Shown: in pieces, positions 29,584-40,897 of the stretch | How the letters are laid out: every line of letters starts with the position of its first letter | Numbering within the stretch: position 1 is the first letter of the stretch | Assembly: GCA_963767005.1 (NCBI GenBank) | Contig: CAVYCN010000003.1 | Coordinates: 1 to 64,000, forward strand | DNA: 64,000 nucleotides | From: an uncultured Actinomycetes bacterium | Lineage (GTDB): Bacteria; Actinomycetota; Thermoleophilia; UBA2241 | Direction: 5' to 3' | Made by a program: the position numbers and the translations under genes | Notes under the pieces: generated by a model | The model's input: the letters and a program-made list of their open reading frames with translations, nothing else | Databases searched by the model: none | Told to the model about the DNA's origin: nothing

Positions 29584-30643
29584 CCCCGACGTCTCGACCA
29601 CGCTGGGCGGAGACGAGCGCGTCGTGCTCGTGCTCACCCCCTCGACCAGCCTGTGCCGCCTCCGCGACCGCGACTTTGTGACCGACGAGGACTACACGGC
29701 GCACGAGCTGCTCGACCTGCTGCGGCTCGCGGCTGCGCTCAAGCAGGTCCGCCGGCGGCAGCGCGTGACGCCGTTCCTGCCCGGCGCTCGCCTTGCCATG
29801 ATCTTCGAGGCGGTCGGGGCGGCCGCGACGCGCACGAGCTTCGAGAACAGCATCGCCGAGCTCGGCGGCAACGCTCTCTACCTGCGGCCCGGCGAGATCC
29901 ACCCGTCGGGGCGCGAGACGATCGGCGACACGGCGAAGACCCTATCGCGCATGAACGATGCGATCGCGATCAGTGCCACGAAGGACAAGACCGTCGATGC
30001 GCTCGCGGCGGCGACGACGGTGCCGGTCATCAGCGGCATGGACGGCGACCGGCACCCCTGTCAGGCGATGAGCGACGCGCTTACCATCGTCGAGCACGCC
30101 GGCCGCCTGAAGGGGGTCAACTTCACCTACCTGGGCGACGCCAGCCCCGTATGCAACTCGCTTTCGACCACGCTCACCAAGCTCGGTGTGAATGTGACCC
30201 TGGTAAACGCCCCGGGCTACGAGGTCGCCGCCGACCGCCAGGAGCGGGCGTTCGCCTACGCGCGGGAAAGCGGCGGCTCGTTCCGCGTGGTCCACGACCC
30301 CGAGAAGGCTGTGCGCAACGCCGACTTCATCTACACCGATCGGTGGTGGCGGACCGGCCAGGAGGCCGAGCGCGAGCAGCGCCTGCGCATCTTTCGGCGC
30401 TTTCGGGTCAACGGCGAGTTCCTGCGCAAGGCGCCGCCCGGCGTGCGCTTCATGCATTGTCTGCCCGCGATGCCAGGCGAGGAGGTGACCGACGAGGTCA
30501 TCGACCGCGAGGCCTCGATCGTCTTCTCCCAGGCAAAGAACCGTCTGCACTTCCAGAAGGCTTTGCTGCTCGCCCTGATCGGCATCGACGAGCCGCCGGC
30601 CGACCTGGAGCTGCAGACGATCGCCGACGCGCTCCTTCGCTGA
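29573..30643 (+). CDS. Putrescine carbamoyltransferase-like protein, degenerate
   Basis: Follows the aguA remnant; ATRTSF (for STRT), HPCQ, YTDRWW, HCLPAMPGEEVTDEVID, QAKNRLH. Confidence 0.8.
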   Translation: MSHDPDVSTTLGGDERVVLVLTPSTSLCRLRDRDFVTDEDYTAHELLDLLRLAAALKQVRRRQRVTPFLPGARLAMIFEAVGAAATRTSFENSIAELGGNALYLRPGEIHPSGRETIGDTAKTLSRMNDAIAISATKDKTVDALAAATTVPVISGMDGDRHPCQAMSDALTIVEHAGRLKGVNFTYLGDASPVCNSLSTTLTKLGVNVTLVNAPGYEVAADRQERAFAYARESGGSFRVVHDPEKAVRNADFIYTDRWWRTGQEAEREQRLRIFRRFRVNGEFLRKAPPGVRFMHCLPAMPGEEVTDEVIDREASIVFSQAKNRLHFQKALLLALIGIDEPPADLELQTIADALLR

Positions 30644-30772
30644 ACGGCGCAAGCGTACCGAATCGTCCGGGAGCGCCGCGCTGTGGTCGCAGACGGCGGT
30701 GAACGGTTTCTTGCCACGCACCATTTCCCAGGGCCTTCTTTGGCGCACCATGCACCTCTAGTTCACTGCGCC

Positions 30773-30854
30773 ATGGAGGCAAAGCGCAAGCTATTCGAAG
30801 CCAACCTGCGCCTTGGTCGTGTCCTTCGCCAACCGCTACGTCGGCCAAGGCATG
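30773..30854 (+). pseudogene. Fragment of sigma-70 region 2.1
   Basis: [27 protein letters not shown], a diverged inverted copy of about 32052-32132. Confidence 0.8.
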
Positions 30855-30908
30855 TGGTCCACGGCCCGCCAACCGGGGGGTGTCGCGGTCTGGCGCGCAC
30901 CCGCCCGC

Positions 30909-31373
30909 CTAGGGTCGGCGGCGAATGAGCGGCACCCCCTGCCAAATCCCCGTCATGGCCTGCACGAGGGCGGCCTCCGTAACACGATCGGGAGCAACCA
31001 GGGCCACCCGTGAGATCCGCAATCGAGGATGTGCGAGCAAGTAGTCACGCGCGCTGGTCACGATGATCTCGGCACGCCTGGACATGGAGATGCCGCCGCC
31101 CTTGGCCCCGAGGACCGGCAGCGCGACGCTATGCGCTCCGCGTGACTCGGCCAGTTCGAGGGCGCGCCGTGTCGAGGCGGCGATGCGAGCAGCGTCATCG
31201 GCTCCATGCGTATCCAGTATCGGCAGCTGGATCACGCAGCGCAGCGGAATGCTGTGGACGCGCTCGGCGTCGACGAGGGCATCGTCGGTCTCGACCACAA
31301 CAGCATCGGCCCACGGCGGCGGAGCGTCGCCGCTTGCGATCTCAAGCGTGGTATGTCCGATCGTCGTCTGCAT
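30909..31373 (-). CDS. Macro-domain-like protein, degenerate
   Basis: LEIASGD...ADAVV...STRRALELAESRGAHSVALPVLGAKGGG; NAAN/GGGV loop missing. Confidence 0.65.
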   Translation of the reverse strand: MQTTIGHTTLEIASGDAPPPWADAVVVETDDALVDAERVHSIPLRCVIQLPILDTHGADDAARIAASTRRALELAESRGAHSVALPVLGAKGGGISMSRRAEIIVTSARDYLLAHPRLRISRVALVAPDRVTEAALVQAMTGIWQGVPLIRRRP

Positions 31374-31394
31374 TGGGCTCGCCTCCTGCTGCCG

Positions 31395-32353
<959 letters not shown>

Positions 32354-32357
<4 letters not shown>

Positions 32358-32563
32358 GCCGCTTCGGCCACCCGGGTGCCGGACTTGCCGGACCGCCGCG
32401 CCGCCAACTGGCGAACCTTGCCGCGGACCCGGCGGTAGGCCGGCATCGTCCAGGTGTCGCGCTTCAGATAGGCGACGGTGGCGGCTGTCAGGGCCACCAC
32501 CGGTGCGACAAGCAGCGCGGGCAGGGCCGCCAGGCCCAGGATCACCTTGGTCGTTGTGCGCAT
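32354..32563 (-). CDS. Small membrane protein (69 aa)
   Basis: AAAGGAG RBS, one TM helix, AYLKRD motif, stop overlaps the sigma start; paralog at 34033. Confidence 0.7.
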
Positions 32564-32630
32564 CCGTGACTCCTTTCGTTGCGTGAGCCGGCAGCGGGGC
32601 GAGCGCGCCCGGATGGCGGGCGCCCAGCCA

Positions 32631-32708
32631 TCAGCTCGGGGACTTAAGCGCCGCGATCACCGGAATCGCGACGATGACGCAGATGACGATGGCGACCACC
32701 GCGGTCAT
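32631..32708 (-). CDS. Putative 25-aa single-TM peptide
   Basis: AAAGGAGGAG RBS then MTAVVAIVICVIVAIPVIAALKSPS. Confidence 0.5.
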   Translation of the reverse strand: MTAVVAIVICVIVAIPVIAALKSPS

Positions 32709-32978
32709 CACTCCTCCTTTCAAATCGGCCGCCCGGCGGCCCGAGACTGGATTCCTAGCCGCGGACCGCGGCTCATGGTGCTGCCCGGTCGAGCAGCCAG
32801 CGCTGGAACCGGGCTCCGCGGACGAAATCGTGGTGGAGCACGATGAGCAGACCCAGGCCGGCCAGTGCGCCGCAGTCAAGAAGCGCAAGGACGAGGCCGA
32901 CACGGTTCCCACGCCACCGCGAGGGTGTGAGCGAGCGCTTCTTTCGGGCGAGGTGCTTCATCTCGGATGCAGCCGGAG

Positions 32979-33452
32979 CTAATGCTCGACGGGTCCGTCC
33001 TGCGGCCCCGTACGGCCGATCAGCTCCAGGGCATGGGCGACCGTGCCGAGCTCGCTGATATCGAGCCCTTCCAGACGTGCCACCATCGCCGTGCGGCGTT
33101 GCTCGAATAGCGCGTCGATACGGCGCTCCCCTTCGCTTGTCAGCGAGCAGAGAACGGCACGGCCGTCGGTACTGTCGCGGTGACGAGAGACGAGGCCGCG
33201 GCGCCCGAGACGGTCGGCGATGCTCGTCATTGACGACAACCCGACATGGAGGCGGGCAGCCAGTACGCCCATGCGAGCCTGTCCTGTGTGCAGGTACAGC
33301 AGGGTCGCCATCTGGGCAAGAGTGAGCTCCGATAGCTCCGGGCTGGACAGCTCTTCGGCGAAGCCCGGGAAGCCGTCGGTCCCGTAGAAGATGGCTTCAA
33401 GGAGAGCTATCCCACGGTCGGCGAGTGCCGCGCGTACGTCGTCGCTCACCAT
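32979..33452 (-). CDS. MarR family transcriptional regulator
   Basis: LTLAQ, SSMTSIADRL, LVSRHRDSTDGRAVLCSLTSEG; AAGGAGG RBS. Confidence 0.9.
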   Translation of the reverse strand: MVSDDVRAALADRGIALLEAIFYGTDGFPGFAEELSSPELSELTLAQMATLLYLHTGQARMGVLAARLHVGLSSMTSIADRLGRRGLVSRHRDSTDGRAVLCSLTSEGERRIDALFEQRRTAMVARLEGLDISELGTVAHALELIGRTGPQDGPVEH

Positions 33453-33561
33453 GCCTCCTTGGATCGGCCGTTCACGAACTGACTACTTCTCAGGACGCCG
33501 GAATCGCTTTTACTTACTGTAGCACGAACTATATCACACAGCAAGTTGAGTGTTGGAGTGC

Positions 33562-33589
33562 TTGACTCGCTCATGTTCCAGATTATAAT
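33562..33589 (+). promoter_or_regulatory. Near-consensus sigma70 promoter divergent from marR
   Basis: TTGACT-N16-TATAAT, flanked by related inverted TTACTTA...CGAA sites. Confidence 0.65.
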
Positions 33590-34032
33590 TCGCTTTGCGT
33601 TAAGTAACCATGGACTCCTCCGGAGGTGCCCTTGGTCGGATCACTGAAGCTCGTGACTTGTCTGCGCCTTTCGAGTCTCGTCGGGATTCTGTGCTTTGCG
33701 TCGGTCGTCGCTGTCCGTTGCGCCCTCCCCCGCAGTGCCAGGGGTGCGCGGCGGTCGCTTGGCTTCGCAGCGCCAAGACGAACGGATGCAGTGACCTGAA
33801 GAGTGGCCGATGTGGTCGAGATTGCCTCAACCTGGCGGGCCCGCGTGCAGCGCCGCTTTCGGCGTCTGTCCGTTTCCTGGTGCGACGTCCTGGGGCCGCG
33901 CCGCAGGACGTACGTTGCGGCCGAGTGAGCGAGATCGCCCGGAAACAAATCGGTGGGGTGCCGCCGCTGCCGGTGGGCTGTCACGGTGAGGGCATACCCG
34001 GGCCGCGGCGGTCGGAAAGAGAGGAGCCGGAA

Positions 34033-34290
34033 GGGCATTCGCAGACGAAGCTGGCCTTGGGGATGATCGCGGGGATCGTCGCGGTTCCCGCGGTGCTGGC
34101 GACTCCGCTGGCGCTGGCCGGCATTGCGTATCTCAAGCGCGATTCCCGGACCGTCCCGGCGTGGCGCTGGGTGCCCGTCCGGACGCGTTACCTAGGCAAG
34201 GTCCTCGGTGAGGTTGTCGAGACGCCGCGACGCAGCCGCGCCTGCACTGCGTGGCATAGCGCGCAGCAACAAGGCACGATCTCCCGATAG
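34033..34290 (+). CDS. Small membrane protein paralogous to 32354-32563 (start codon appears as GGG)
   Basis: GAGGAG RBS; TKLALG..TM..AYLKRDSRTVPAWRWV. Confidence 0.5.
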   Translation, partial: GHSQTKLALGMIAGIVAVPAVLATPLALAGIAYLKRDSRTVPAWRWVPVRTRYLGKVLGEVVETPRRSRACTAWHSAQQQGTISR

Positions 34291-34307
34291 ATCAGTCGAG
34301 GTGGAAC

Positions 34308-35393
34308 ATGCAACAGGTCGTGGTGTTCGGCGCGGGCGTTGCCGGCGCCAGCTTCATCAAGGCTATGACGGCAGCGCCGGTCGACATCACGCTCGTCGAC
34401 CCCAAGGACTACGTGGAACTGCCCTACCCGATGCTCCGTGCGCTCACCGACTTTACGGGCCTCGCTGCGATGGTGCGCAGACCGATCTCCGACGAGCTTG
34501 GAGTGCCTCACATCCAGGCCAAGCTCGAGACGCTCTCGGGCCACACGGCACTCCTTGACGACGGGCAGGAGATCGGCTTCGACTACGCCATCCTGGCGAC
34601 AGGCTCGACCGTCCGTGGCTTCGAGAGCCTGAAGCTTGCCAGGGGACGCACACTCGAAGAGCGGGCAGCCGAATGGAGAATGCATGCCGATCTGCTGCTC
34701 CACGCCAAAGACGTGATCATCGTCGGTGGAGGGCCCGTTGGCGTCGAGCTTGCCGGTGAGATCAGGGAGGCCTACCCCGCCAAGCACGTTACCCTCATCG
34801 AGGCCGGCGATCGCCTGCTTGCGGCGCTGGGGCAGGGGGCAAGCAAGAAGGCGAGGCGCGTGCTCGAGGGACAGGGTGTCCAGGTCATGACCGGCCAGCG
34901 GACAGCGGTGGAGGCGGACGGGCACACGGTTCGACTCGAGTCAGGCGAGGCACGCCGGGCAGATCTGGTCTACGAGGCTCTTGGGATCGAAATCGATACG
35001 TCCTATCTGGAGAGTGAGTTCCGCGAGGCGCTCACTCCGATGCGAGCCGTCCGTGTCGACCGTCTTCTGCGCGTCGTGGGTAGCGAGAACATCTTCGCCC
35101 TCGGTGACATCAACGACACACCGGAGATCAAGCTGGGCGTCTTTGCGACCCGCCAGGCCAGATTGACAGCCAGGAATCTCAACTCGCTGCTGAGGGACCA
35201 AGATCTCAGGCCGTATCGACCCACCAAGGGGGCGATGGGTTTCGTCACGCTGGGCAGGGGCGCGGGCATTGCGCAGCTGCCTGTTGGTCGATTCGACCCC
35301 CTGGTGCGGATGAAGCAGAAGGATCTCTTCCTTTCCCGGTTCTTCTCCGCCGAGGTCCGTGTGCCTCGAACCGCTGAGACAGTCGCCTCGTGA
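34308..35393 (+). CDS. FAD/NAD(P)H-dependent oxidoreductase (AIF/FSP1-NDH2-like)
   Basis: GAGVAG, ILATGS, GGGPVGVELAGE, NIFALGD. Confidence 0.9.
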   Translation: MQQVVVFGAGVAGASFIKAMTAAPVDITLVDPKDYVELPYPMLRALTDFTGLAAMVRRPISDELGVPHIQAKLETLSGHTALLDDGQEIGFDYAILATGSTVRGFESLKLARGRTLEERAAEWRMHADLLLHAKDVIIVGGGPVGVELAGEIREAYPAKHVTLIEAGDRLLAALGQGASKKARRVLEGQGVQVMTGQRTAVEADGHTVRLESGEARRADLVYEALGIEIDTSYLESEFREALTPMRAVRVDRLLRVVGSENIFALGDINDTPEIKLGVFATRQARLTARNLNSLLRDQDLRPYRPTKGAMGFVTLGRGAGIAQLPVGRFDPLVRMKQKDLFLSRFFSAEVRVPRTAETVAS

Positions 35394-35410
35394 CGAGGCC
35401 GCCGTCATAA

Positions 35411-35833
35411 TCACCCTTCGCCTGGAGGATCTGCCCGACGACAACTGGGGCCGCTGCCTCTTTCTCCGTCGCCGCTCAGCCAGTCAATCGCATCTTCGAA
35501 GGAGGCGAACGCCTCGACCCGGAGGCCGCGGTTCTGGGCGCACAGCGCGAAGAATCCCGCGCTGTCGAAGTTCTCGACGGGACAAAGGACAGCCGTCCTT
35601 CGAGCAAACGGTTGGCGTAGCCTGCTGAGTTCAGCCGCCAGGTGCCACAAGTCCGCGTCCGACAGCTGTACCCGCGCCTCCCGAATGTCGAGGAGCACGT
35701 CAAAGTCGCCCAGTTGCGTCGAGGCCGACGCGACCTCAACGAGTACCCTTTTCGACTCCTCAAAATCCAACTGACCCTCAGGTGTGGCCTTGATGAAATC
35801 ATGCGCGTGGACGATCCTGATATCAGTCGCCAT
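35411..35833 (-). CDS. Hypothetical STAS/SpoIIAA-like protein
   Basis: VLLDIRE...RRTAVL...FFALCAQNRGLRVEAFASFEDAIDWL; GAAGGAG RBS. Confidence 0.65.
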   Translation of the reverse strand: MATDIRIVHAHDFIKATPEGQLDFEESKRVLVEVASASTQLGDFDVLLDIREARVQLSDADLWHLAAELSRLRQPFARRTAVLCPVENFDSAGFFALCAQNRGLRVEAFASFEDAIDWLSGDGERGSGPSCRRADPPGEG

Positions 35834-36084
35834 CGCCCCCTCCTTCGCGTATCCCCCTGCATCCCCGCGTTCGCGACCAGACCTGCCCGCGGTCCCGCCG
35901 CCTTGCCCAGCCGACCACTCCAGAACATCGTAGTGCCTCTTCGGCCGGAGAGAGACACTGGCCGTTTACGAGCCCGACGCGCGCTCCCGCGAAGGCTTGC
36001 TCGGCGGCAGTCAGATGGCGGCAGGAAACGCCAGGCACCTGAGAGAAGACTTCAGAGTTACGCGGCTGTGGCCGATGGAGGGGC

Positions 36085-37935
36085 ATGGCAGTCCGACTAG
36101 CGACGGGGCGGCTTTCGCGCGAGAGACTTCGCGTCGAGCTGAGCCGCGCCCAGGAACACCTCGGCGACCTCCTGGCAAGCCGCGCGCAGAAGCGTGAGGG
36201 CGTGATCGACGGCCTCATTGAGAACCTGACGGACGGCCTCGCACTGGTGAGCCCGGACGGCCACTTCCTCGACGTCAATGCCGCCTTGTGTGTCATGACC
36301 GGGTTCTCGCACGACGAGCTCGTCGGCTGTGACGTGCCTGCCCCCTTCTGCCCGCCCGAGGAAGCGGACGCGATGCAAGATGCGTTGCGCAGGCACCTCG
36401 AGGGCCAGGCCACTTCGATCAGGGCGACGTTCATGCGCAAGAGTGGCGAGCGCTTTCCAGTGCTCATCACGCCGTCCAGCCTGCGTGATGAGCACGGTCC
36501 GCCCTTCTACGTGTTCGCGGGGTTCAGGGACCTGAGCGACGAACAGCGCACTGATCGGGCCCTGCGTGAGAGCGAGCGACGCTACCGCAGCATCTTCGCC
36601 AACGCTCCGATCGGCATCTTTCAAACGACAGCGGACGGCCGGATGGTGGCGGTCAACCCGGCCTTCGCGAGACTTCTCGGCTACGCCTCGGTTGCGGAGC
36701 TGGTCGAGGTGGTCGATCGCGAGGGTTTCGCGCAGACCATCCATGAGAACCTCGACAATCGGCGCCAGCTGCTTGAGGAGGCGCACGCCGCAGGCGGCAA
36801 GGGGGTCACCTTCGAAAGCCGCTTCCGACGCGCCGACGGCAGCCTCCTCACGGGGCTCGTCAACCTGCGTGAGGAACGCGACCCCACGACTGGCGAGCTC
36901 TGCTTGTTCGGCTTCGCTCAAGACGTCACTTCACAGAGGGAGGCCACTGAGGCTCTCGAGCACTCGACGCAGCTGCTGAACCACGGCGAGCGCCTCGCGC
37001 ATCTCGGAAGCTGGGCCTGGAACATCGTCTCCGGCACGCTGGCGGCTTCCCCCGAGTGGCAGCGCATGCACGGACTGGTCGGCGAGTGCCTCACAGACGA
37101 CGAGGTGATGGCGACCTGCCACAAAGACGACCGGCAGGCGATTTGGGCCGCGCTAGACGAAGCGCGTGCGGGGGGTGACTATCGGGTCGACCACCGCATG
37201 GTGCACCCCGAGACACACGAGGTGCGCCACCTGACGACCTTCGGCAAGCCCATCTTCAGTGACGAGGGGCGGCTCGAGTCGGTGATCGGCGCCTCGCTCG
37301 ACGTCACCGAGCGCACGAGGGCCGACCAGGCGCTGCTCGAACGCGAGGAACGGCTGCGACAGGCCCTCGCTGACACCGTCGAGGCGCTGGGCGCAACGGT
37401 GGCCATGCGTGACCCCTATACCGCACGACACGAACGGCGTGTGGCTCAGCTTGCCTGTCTGATGGCAGAACGCCTCGGGTGGAGCGAGGAGGCTATCGAG
37501 CGTCTGCGCGTGGCGGCACTGGTGCACGACGTCGGCAAGATCGCCGTGCCGGCTGAGATTCTTGCGAAGCCGTCTCGTCTGCAGCCCGCCGAGTTCGAGC
37601 TCATCAAGGGCCACGCGCAAGCTGGATATGAGATCCTCATGCCGATCGCCTTCGGCGGTCCCGTAGCCGACCTGGTTTGGCAACACCACGAACGCCTTGA
37701 CGGCTCCGGCTACCCGAGGGGGCTGCACGGTGAGGAGGTTCTGCCAGGTGCACGTGTGCTGGCCGTCGCCGACGTGGTCGAGGCAATGGTCAGTCACCGG
37801 CCCTACAGGCCGGCCCTGCCGCTTGTGGAGGCCCTCGCCGAGATCTCAAGCGGAGCCGGCGTGCGCTATGATGCAGAAGTCGTTGAGGTCTGCCGACAGC
37901 TCTTTGAGAAGGAAGGCTACAACCTTCCTGAGTAG
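36085..37935 (+). CDS. Multi-PAS HD-GYP cyclic di-nucleotide phosphodiesterase
   Basis: Three PAS/PAC-like repeats; RDPYTARH, HDVGK, HHERLDGSGYPRGL, HRPYR. Confidence 0.93.
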   Translation: MAVRLATGRLSRERLRVELSRAQEHLGDLLASRAQKREGVIDGLIENLTDGLALVSPDGHFLDVNAALCVMTGFSHDELVGCDVPAPFCPPEEADAMQDALRRHLEGQATSIRATFMRKSGERFPVLITPSSLRDEHGPPFYVFAGFRDLSDEQRTDRALRESERRYRSIFANAPIGIFQTTADGRMVAVNPAFARLLGYASVAELVEVVDREGFAQTIHENLDNRRQLLEEAHAAGGKGVTFESRFRRADGSLLTGLVNLREERDPTTGELCLFGFAQDVTSQREATEALEHSTQLLNHGERLAHLGSWAWNIVSGTLAASPEWQRMHGLVGECLTDDEVMATCHKDDRQAIWAALDEARAGGDYRVDHRMVHPETHEVRHLTTFGKPIFSDEGRLESVIGASLDVTERTRADQALLEREERLRQALADTVEALGATVAMRDPYTARHERRVAQLACLMAERLGWSEEAIERLRVAALVHDVGKIAVPAEILAKPSRLQPAEFELIKGHAQAGYEILMPIAFGGPVADLVWQHHERLDGSGYPRGLHGEEVLPGARVLAVADVVEAMVSHRPYRPALPLVEALAEISSGAGVRYDAEVVEVCRQLFEKEGYNLPE

Positions 37936-37975
37936 TGAACCGCCCCGGCTTTCCTGGAGGCGCCAACCCTTGAGA
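37936..37975 (+). mobile_element. Isolated IS3-family (IS51 group, IS6110/IS629-like) left end
   Basis: TGAACCGCCCCGGCTTTCCTGGAGG starts right after the stop codon; no transposase follows. Confidence 0.7.
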
Positions 37976-38234
37976 GGGCTGGCCGTAGACGGCCAGCGGC
38001 GGCTTCCAGCACGGCCTCGTCTACCTGCTTAAAAACTTCGAAACCTCCGGGACCTGCTTCGTGGCTGCACACAGGATCGCTGCCGACGGGATGCCGACGC
38101 CAGCGCCGCCATGCTATCGGCCGTTGCTCGGCACCCGGCCGTGTGCTACTAATGCACGGCCCCCACGTCCTAGCAGACTCAGCAGCGCCTGCCGCGCCAG
38201 CGGTCGACTCACAAAGCGGTGTTCGAGTGCCTCC

Positions 38235-40307
38235 CTAGACCCTGGTGAAGTACTTGACTCCGCTCTTGCCGGCCGTGGTCACGACGTGCAGCGCCTTGCG
38301 CCCCTTACTCATCGTCGGCACCCTGACTCTGATCTTGGTGGCGCTCCAGGAGACGTACTTGGTGACGGCCTTGCTGGTGAAGAGCACCTTGGAGGCGCCG
38401 CGCTTTGCGCCGAAGTTCTTGCCGACGATGGTCACGATGGTCCCGACCTTGCCTTTGGCGGGGCTGATCTTCGAGATCGACGGCTTGGGTGGTGGACAGT
38501 CGATCGTGAAGCCGGCGGCGTTGGAGTCGAGCGTTGCGTGCACCACGACGTCCACGAGTCCCGGCGCAAGACCAAGCGGCACGGTGCAGGAAATCGCGCC
38601 GTCCGACCAGCTGCTGACCGTGGCGGTCGTGCCGGCGAAGGTCACCGTGCTTGTGCCCTGGGTGTCGCCGAATCCCAGGCCGGCGATCGTCACGGCGGCG
38701 CCTCCCAGGGCGTGGGGCGGTGTGATCGAGCTGACGATGGGCTGGCCGGGAACGGCATCGTCGACCGTGAAGGGCTGCGCATCGGAGCTCGCCTGCGAGG
38801 TCGCGACTACCACGTCGGCCTCACCGGAGGCAAGGCCGGCGGGCACGCTGCACTGGATCGCCGTGTCCGACCAGCTGCTCACCGTAGCGACGGCGCCGCC
38901 GAAGGTCACCGTGCTGGTGTCCTGGCTGGCGCCGAAGTTCCTGCCGCTGATCGTCACCGCAGCTGCCGGGACTGCGTCACCTGGGTACAGCGAAGTGATG
39001 GCCGGCTTGTTCAGCGTGAAGATGTAGGCCCCGCCCTGGGAACGGTCGAGGTCGCCCGCCGCGACGGTGTCGGCCGATATCGCCACCGAGCCGAACCTGT
39101 CCCACTGTGCGCCGTTGCTTGCCGTCAACTTGGCCTGCTGGCTCCAGGTCGTGCCGTTGTCCAGATAGAGGTAGGCCGAGCCCTGTTCGAAGTTGGTGCC
39201 GACACCGTCCATGACCGCGCCGACCACGACCGTGTCGCCGGAGATGCCGACCGAGCAGCCGAACCAGTCGTCGCTTTGGCCATCGGCGGCGCTGAGCTGT
39301 GCCTGCTGGCTCCAGGTCGTGCCGCTGCGCACAAAGACGTAGGCCGCGCCCTCATCTTCGGTGGTGCCCACGGTGGTGGCGAGGGCGCCCACCACGGCGG
39401 TGTCGCCGTAGATCGCAACCGAGTAGCCGAACTGGTCGGAGCTGGCGCCGTCCTCATCGGTCAGCTTGGCCTGCTGGCTCCAGGTCGTGCCGCTGCGCAC
39501 AAAGACGTAAGCCGCGCCCTGCTCGGGGTTGGAGCCGACGGTCTCCAGGTTGGCGCCCACCACGGCGGTGTCGCCTGAGATCGCGACCGCCGAACCGAAC
39601 TGATCGTTGCCGGAGCCATCGTCGACGGTGAGCTCGGCCTGCTGGCTCCAGCTCGTGGCGTCGCAGACGAAGACATAGGCGGCGCCCGAGGAGGCGCCTC
39701 CCCCGTGGCCGGGTGCGCCCACCACCGCGGTGTCGCCCGAGATCGCGACCGAGGTGCCGAACTGATCGCCACCGCCGCCGTCGCCGGCGGTCAACTTCGC
39801 CTGCTGGGTCCAGGTGGCGCCACTACGCACGAAGACGTACGCGGCGCCCTGGTAGGTATTGGTGCCGACCGTGGCAAAAGAAGCACCCACCACCACGGTA
39901 TCGCCCGAGATCGCGACCGAGGTGCCGAACTCGTCGCCTTCGGCGCCGTCGGCGGCGGTCAGACGCGCCTGCTGGGTCCAGGTGGCGCCACTACGCACGA
40001 AGACGTAAGCCGCGCCCTGCGACCGGTTGGCGCCCACCTTGTCGCCGGGTGCGCCCACCACGGCGATATCGCCCGAGATCGCCACCGAGTAGCCGAGCTC
40101 GGCGCCGGCGTTGGCCGGCGTCGCGGTCAGCTCCGCCTGCTGGACGGCCAACAGCGCGGACGTCGACGGCGCGCAGACTGATGTAGCGGACGGAGCGGCG
40201 TTTGCCGGGCCGCTCGTGGCCAAGGCGGCCGCACACAGCAGCAGCAGGGCGACACAGGCCACACCAAGGCGACGAGGCTTCATGAGCAGGGGACTCGGCA
40301 GGGCCAC
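38235..40307 (-). CDS. Secreted FG-GAP repeat beta-propeller protein with three IPT/TIG domains
   Basis: Signal peptide; about seven FGxSVAISGDTxVVGA...GAAYVF...WxQQAxL repeats; ITSL.P...VTISGRNFG...SWSDTAI repeats. Confidence 0.92.
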   Translation of the reverse strand: MALPSPLLMKPRRLGVACVALLLLCAAALATSGPANAAPSATSVCAPSTSALLAVQQAELTATPANAGAELGYSVAISGDIAVVGAPGDKVGANRSQGAAYVFVRSGATWTQQARLTAADGAEGDEFGTSVAISGDTVVVGASFATVGTNTYQGAAYVFVRSGATWTQQAKLTAGDGGGGDQFGTSVAISGDTAVVGAPGHGGGASSGAAYVFVCDATSWSQQAELTVDDGSGNDQFGSAVAISGDTAVVGANLETVGSNPEQGAAYVFVRSGTTWSQQAKLTDEDGASSDQFGYSVAIYGDTAVVGALATTVGTTEDEGAAYVFVRSGTTWSQQAQLSAADGQSDDWFGCSVGISGDTVVVGAVMDGVGTNFEQGSAYLYLDNGTTWSQQAKLTASNGAQWDRFGSVAISADTVAAGDLDRSQGGAYIFTLNKPAITSLYPGDAVPAAAVTISGRNFGASQDTSTVTFGGAVATVSSWSDTAIQCSVPAGLASGEADVVVATSQASSDAQPFTVDDAVPGQPIVSSITPPHALGGAAVTIAGLGFGDTQGTSTVTFAGTTATVSSWSDGAISCTVPLGLAPGLVDVVVHATLDSNAAGFTIDCPPPKPSISKISPAKGKVGTIVTIVGKNFGAKRGASKVLFTSKAVTKYVSWSATKIRVRVPTMSKGRKALHVVTTAGKSGVKYFTRV

Positions 40308-40897
40308 GGTGGTCTCCTTTCGACGGACGCTCAGTCGCGGTGCTTGCGCAGGTGCCTCATGTCCGAGAACGCCACAAGCCGCCAGGACGCAAGCGTCGGG
40401 GATGCAGCGGATGCCGCGCTATCGTGCCCGCGCCCATGCACCTCGCGATGCTAAGTACTTTCATTTTCGGCAGCGGGCATCAGTTCCTTCACAACAGGGG
40501 CATTCGAGAAGACGCCGTGGCAACACGGAAGCGGTGCGAGAGTCGAGAGTGGAGCCTGCGGGCGGACCCGCGGGGGCATCTGGTCCAGCGCCATGACCGT
40601 CGTCAGTCGGCGTTCTCGACGCGGGTCGCAGGAATGGCCCTGGGGTGTCTATCCGTGAAGGGCCCCCCAGGTCACACGAACATATGCGACCCGTGAAGCT
40701 GCAGCACACAGCCATGCGCGCCGACCATTTGCCGACGCGGCGAGCGCGACCAAGGGCTGCCCTGTGTTCGCCACGGGTGGTTCGATCGAGGTCTACGAGC
40801 GACTTGCAGTCGGCTGAGGCGTCCAGCGGCAAAGACGGGCAGCCGGGCCATCCTCCGCCCCTCGTGCATGGCGAGCCACGAAGCCTTCGCGCCGCCC

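Noticed and set aside
33610-34032. N-terminal part of the 226-aa ORF 33610-34290
   Set aside because: Arg/Cys/Pro-rich non-coding-like composition; only the part from 34033 has an RBS and a paralog.
39000-40150. Repeat-spacer array or DGR template/variable repeats
   Set aside because: The ~170-bp periodicity is explained by FG-GAP propeller blades; no reverse transcriptase in the window.
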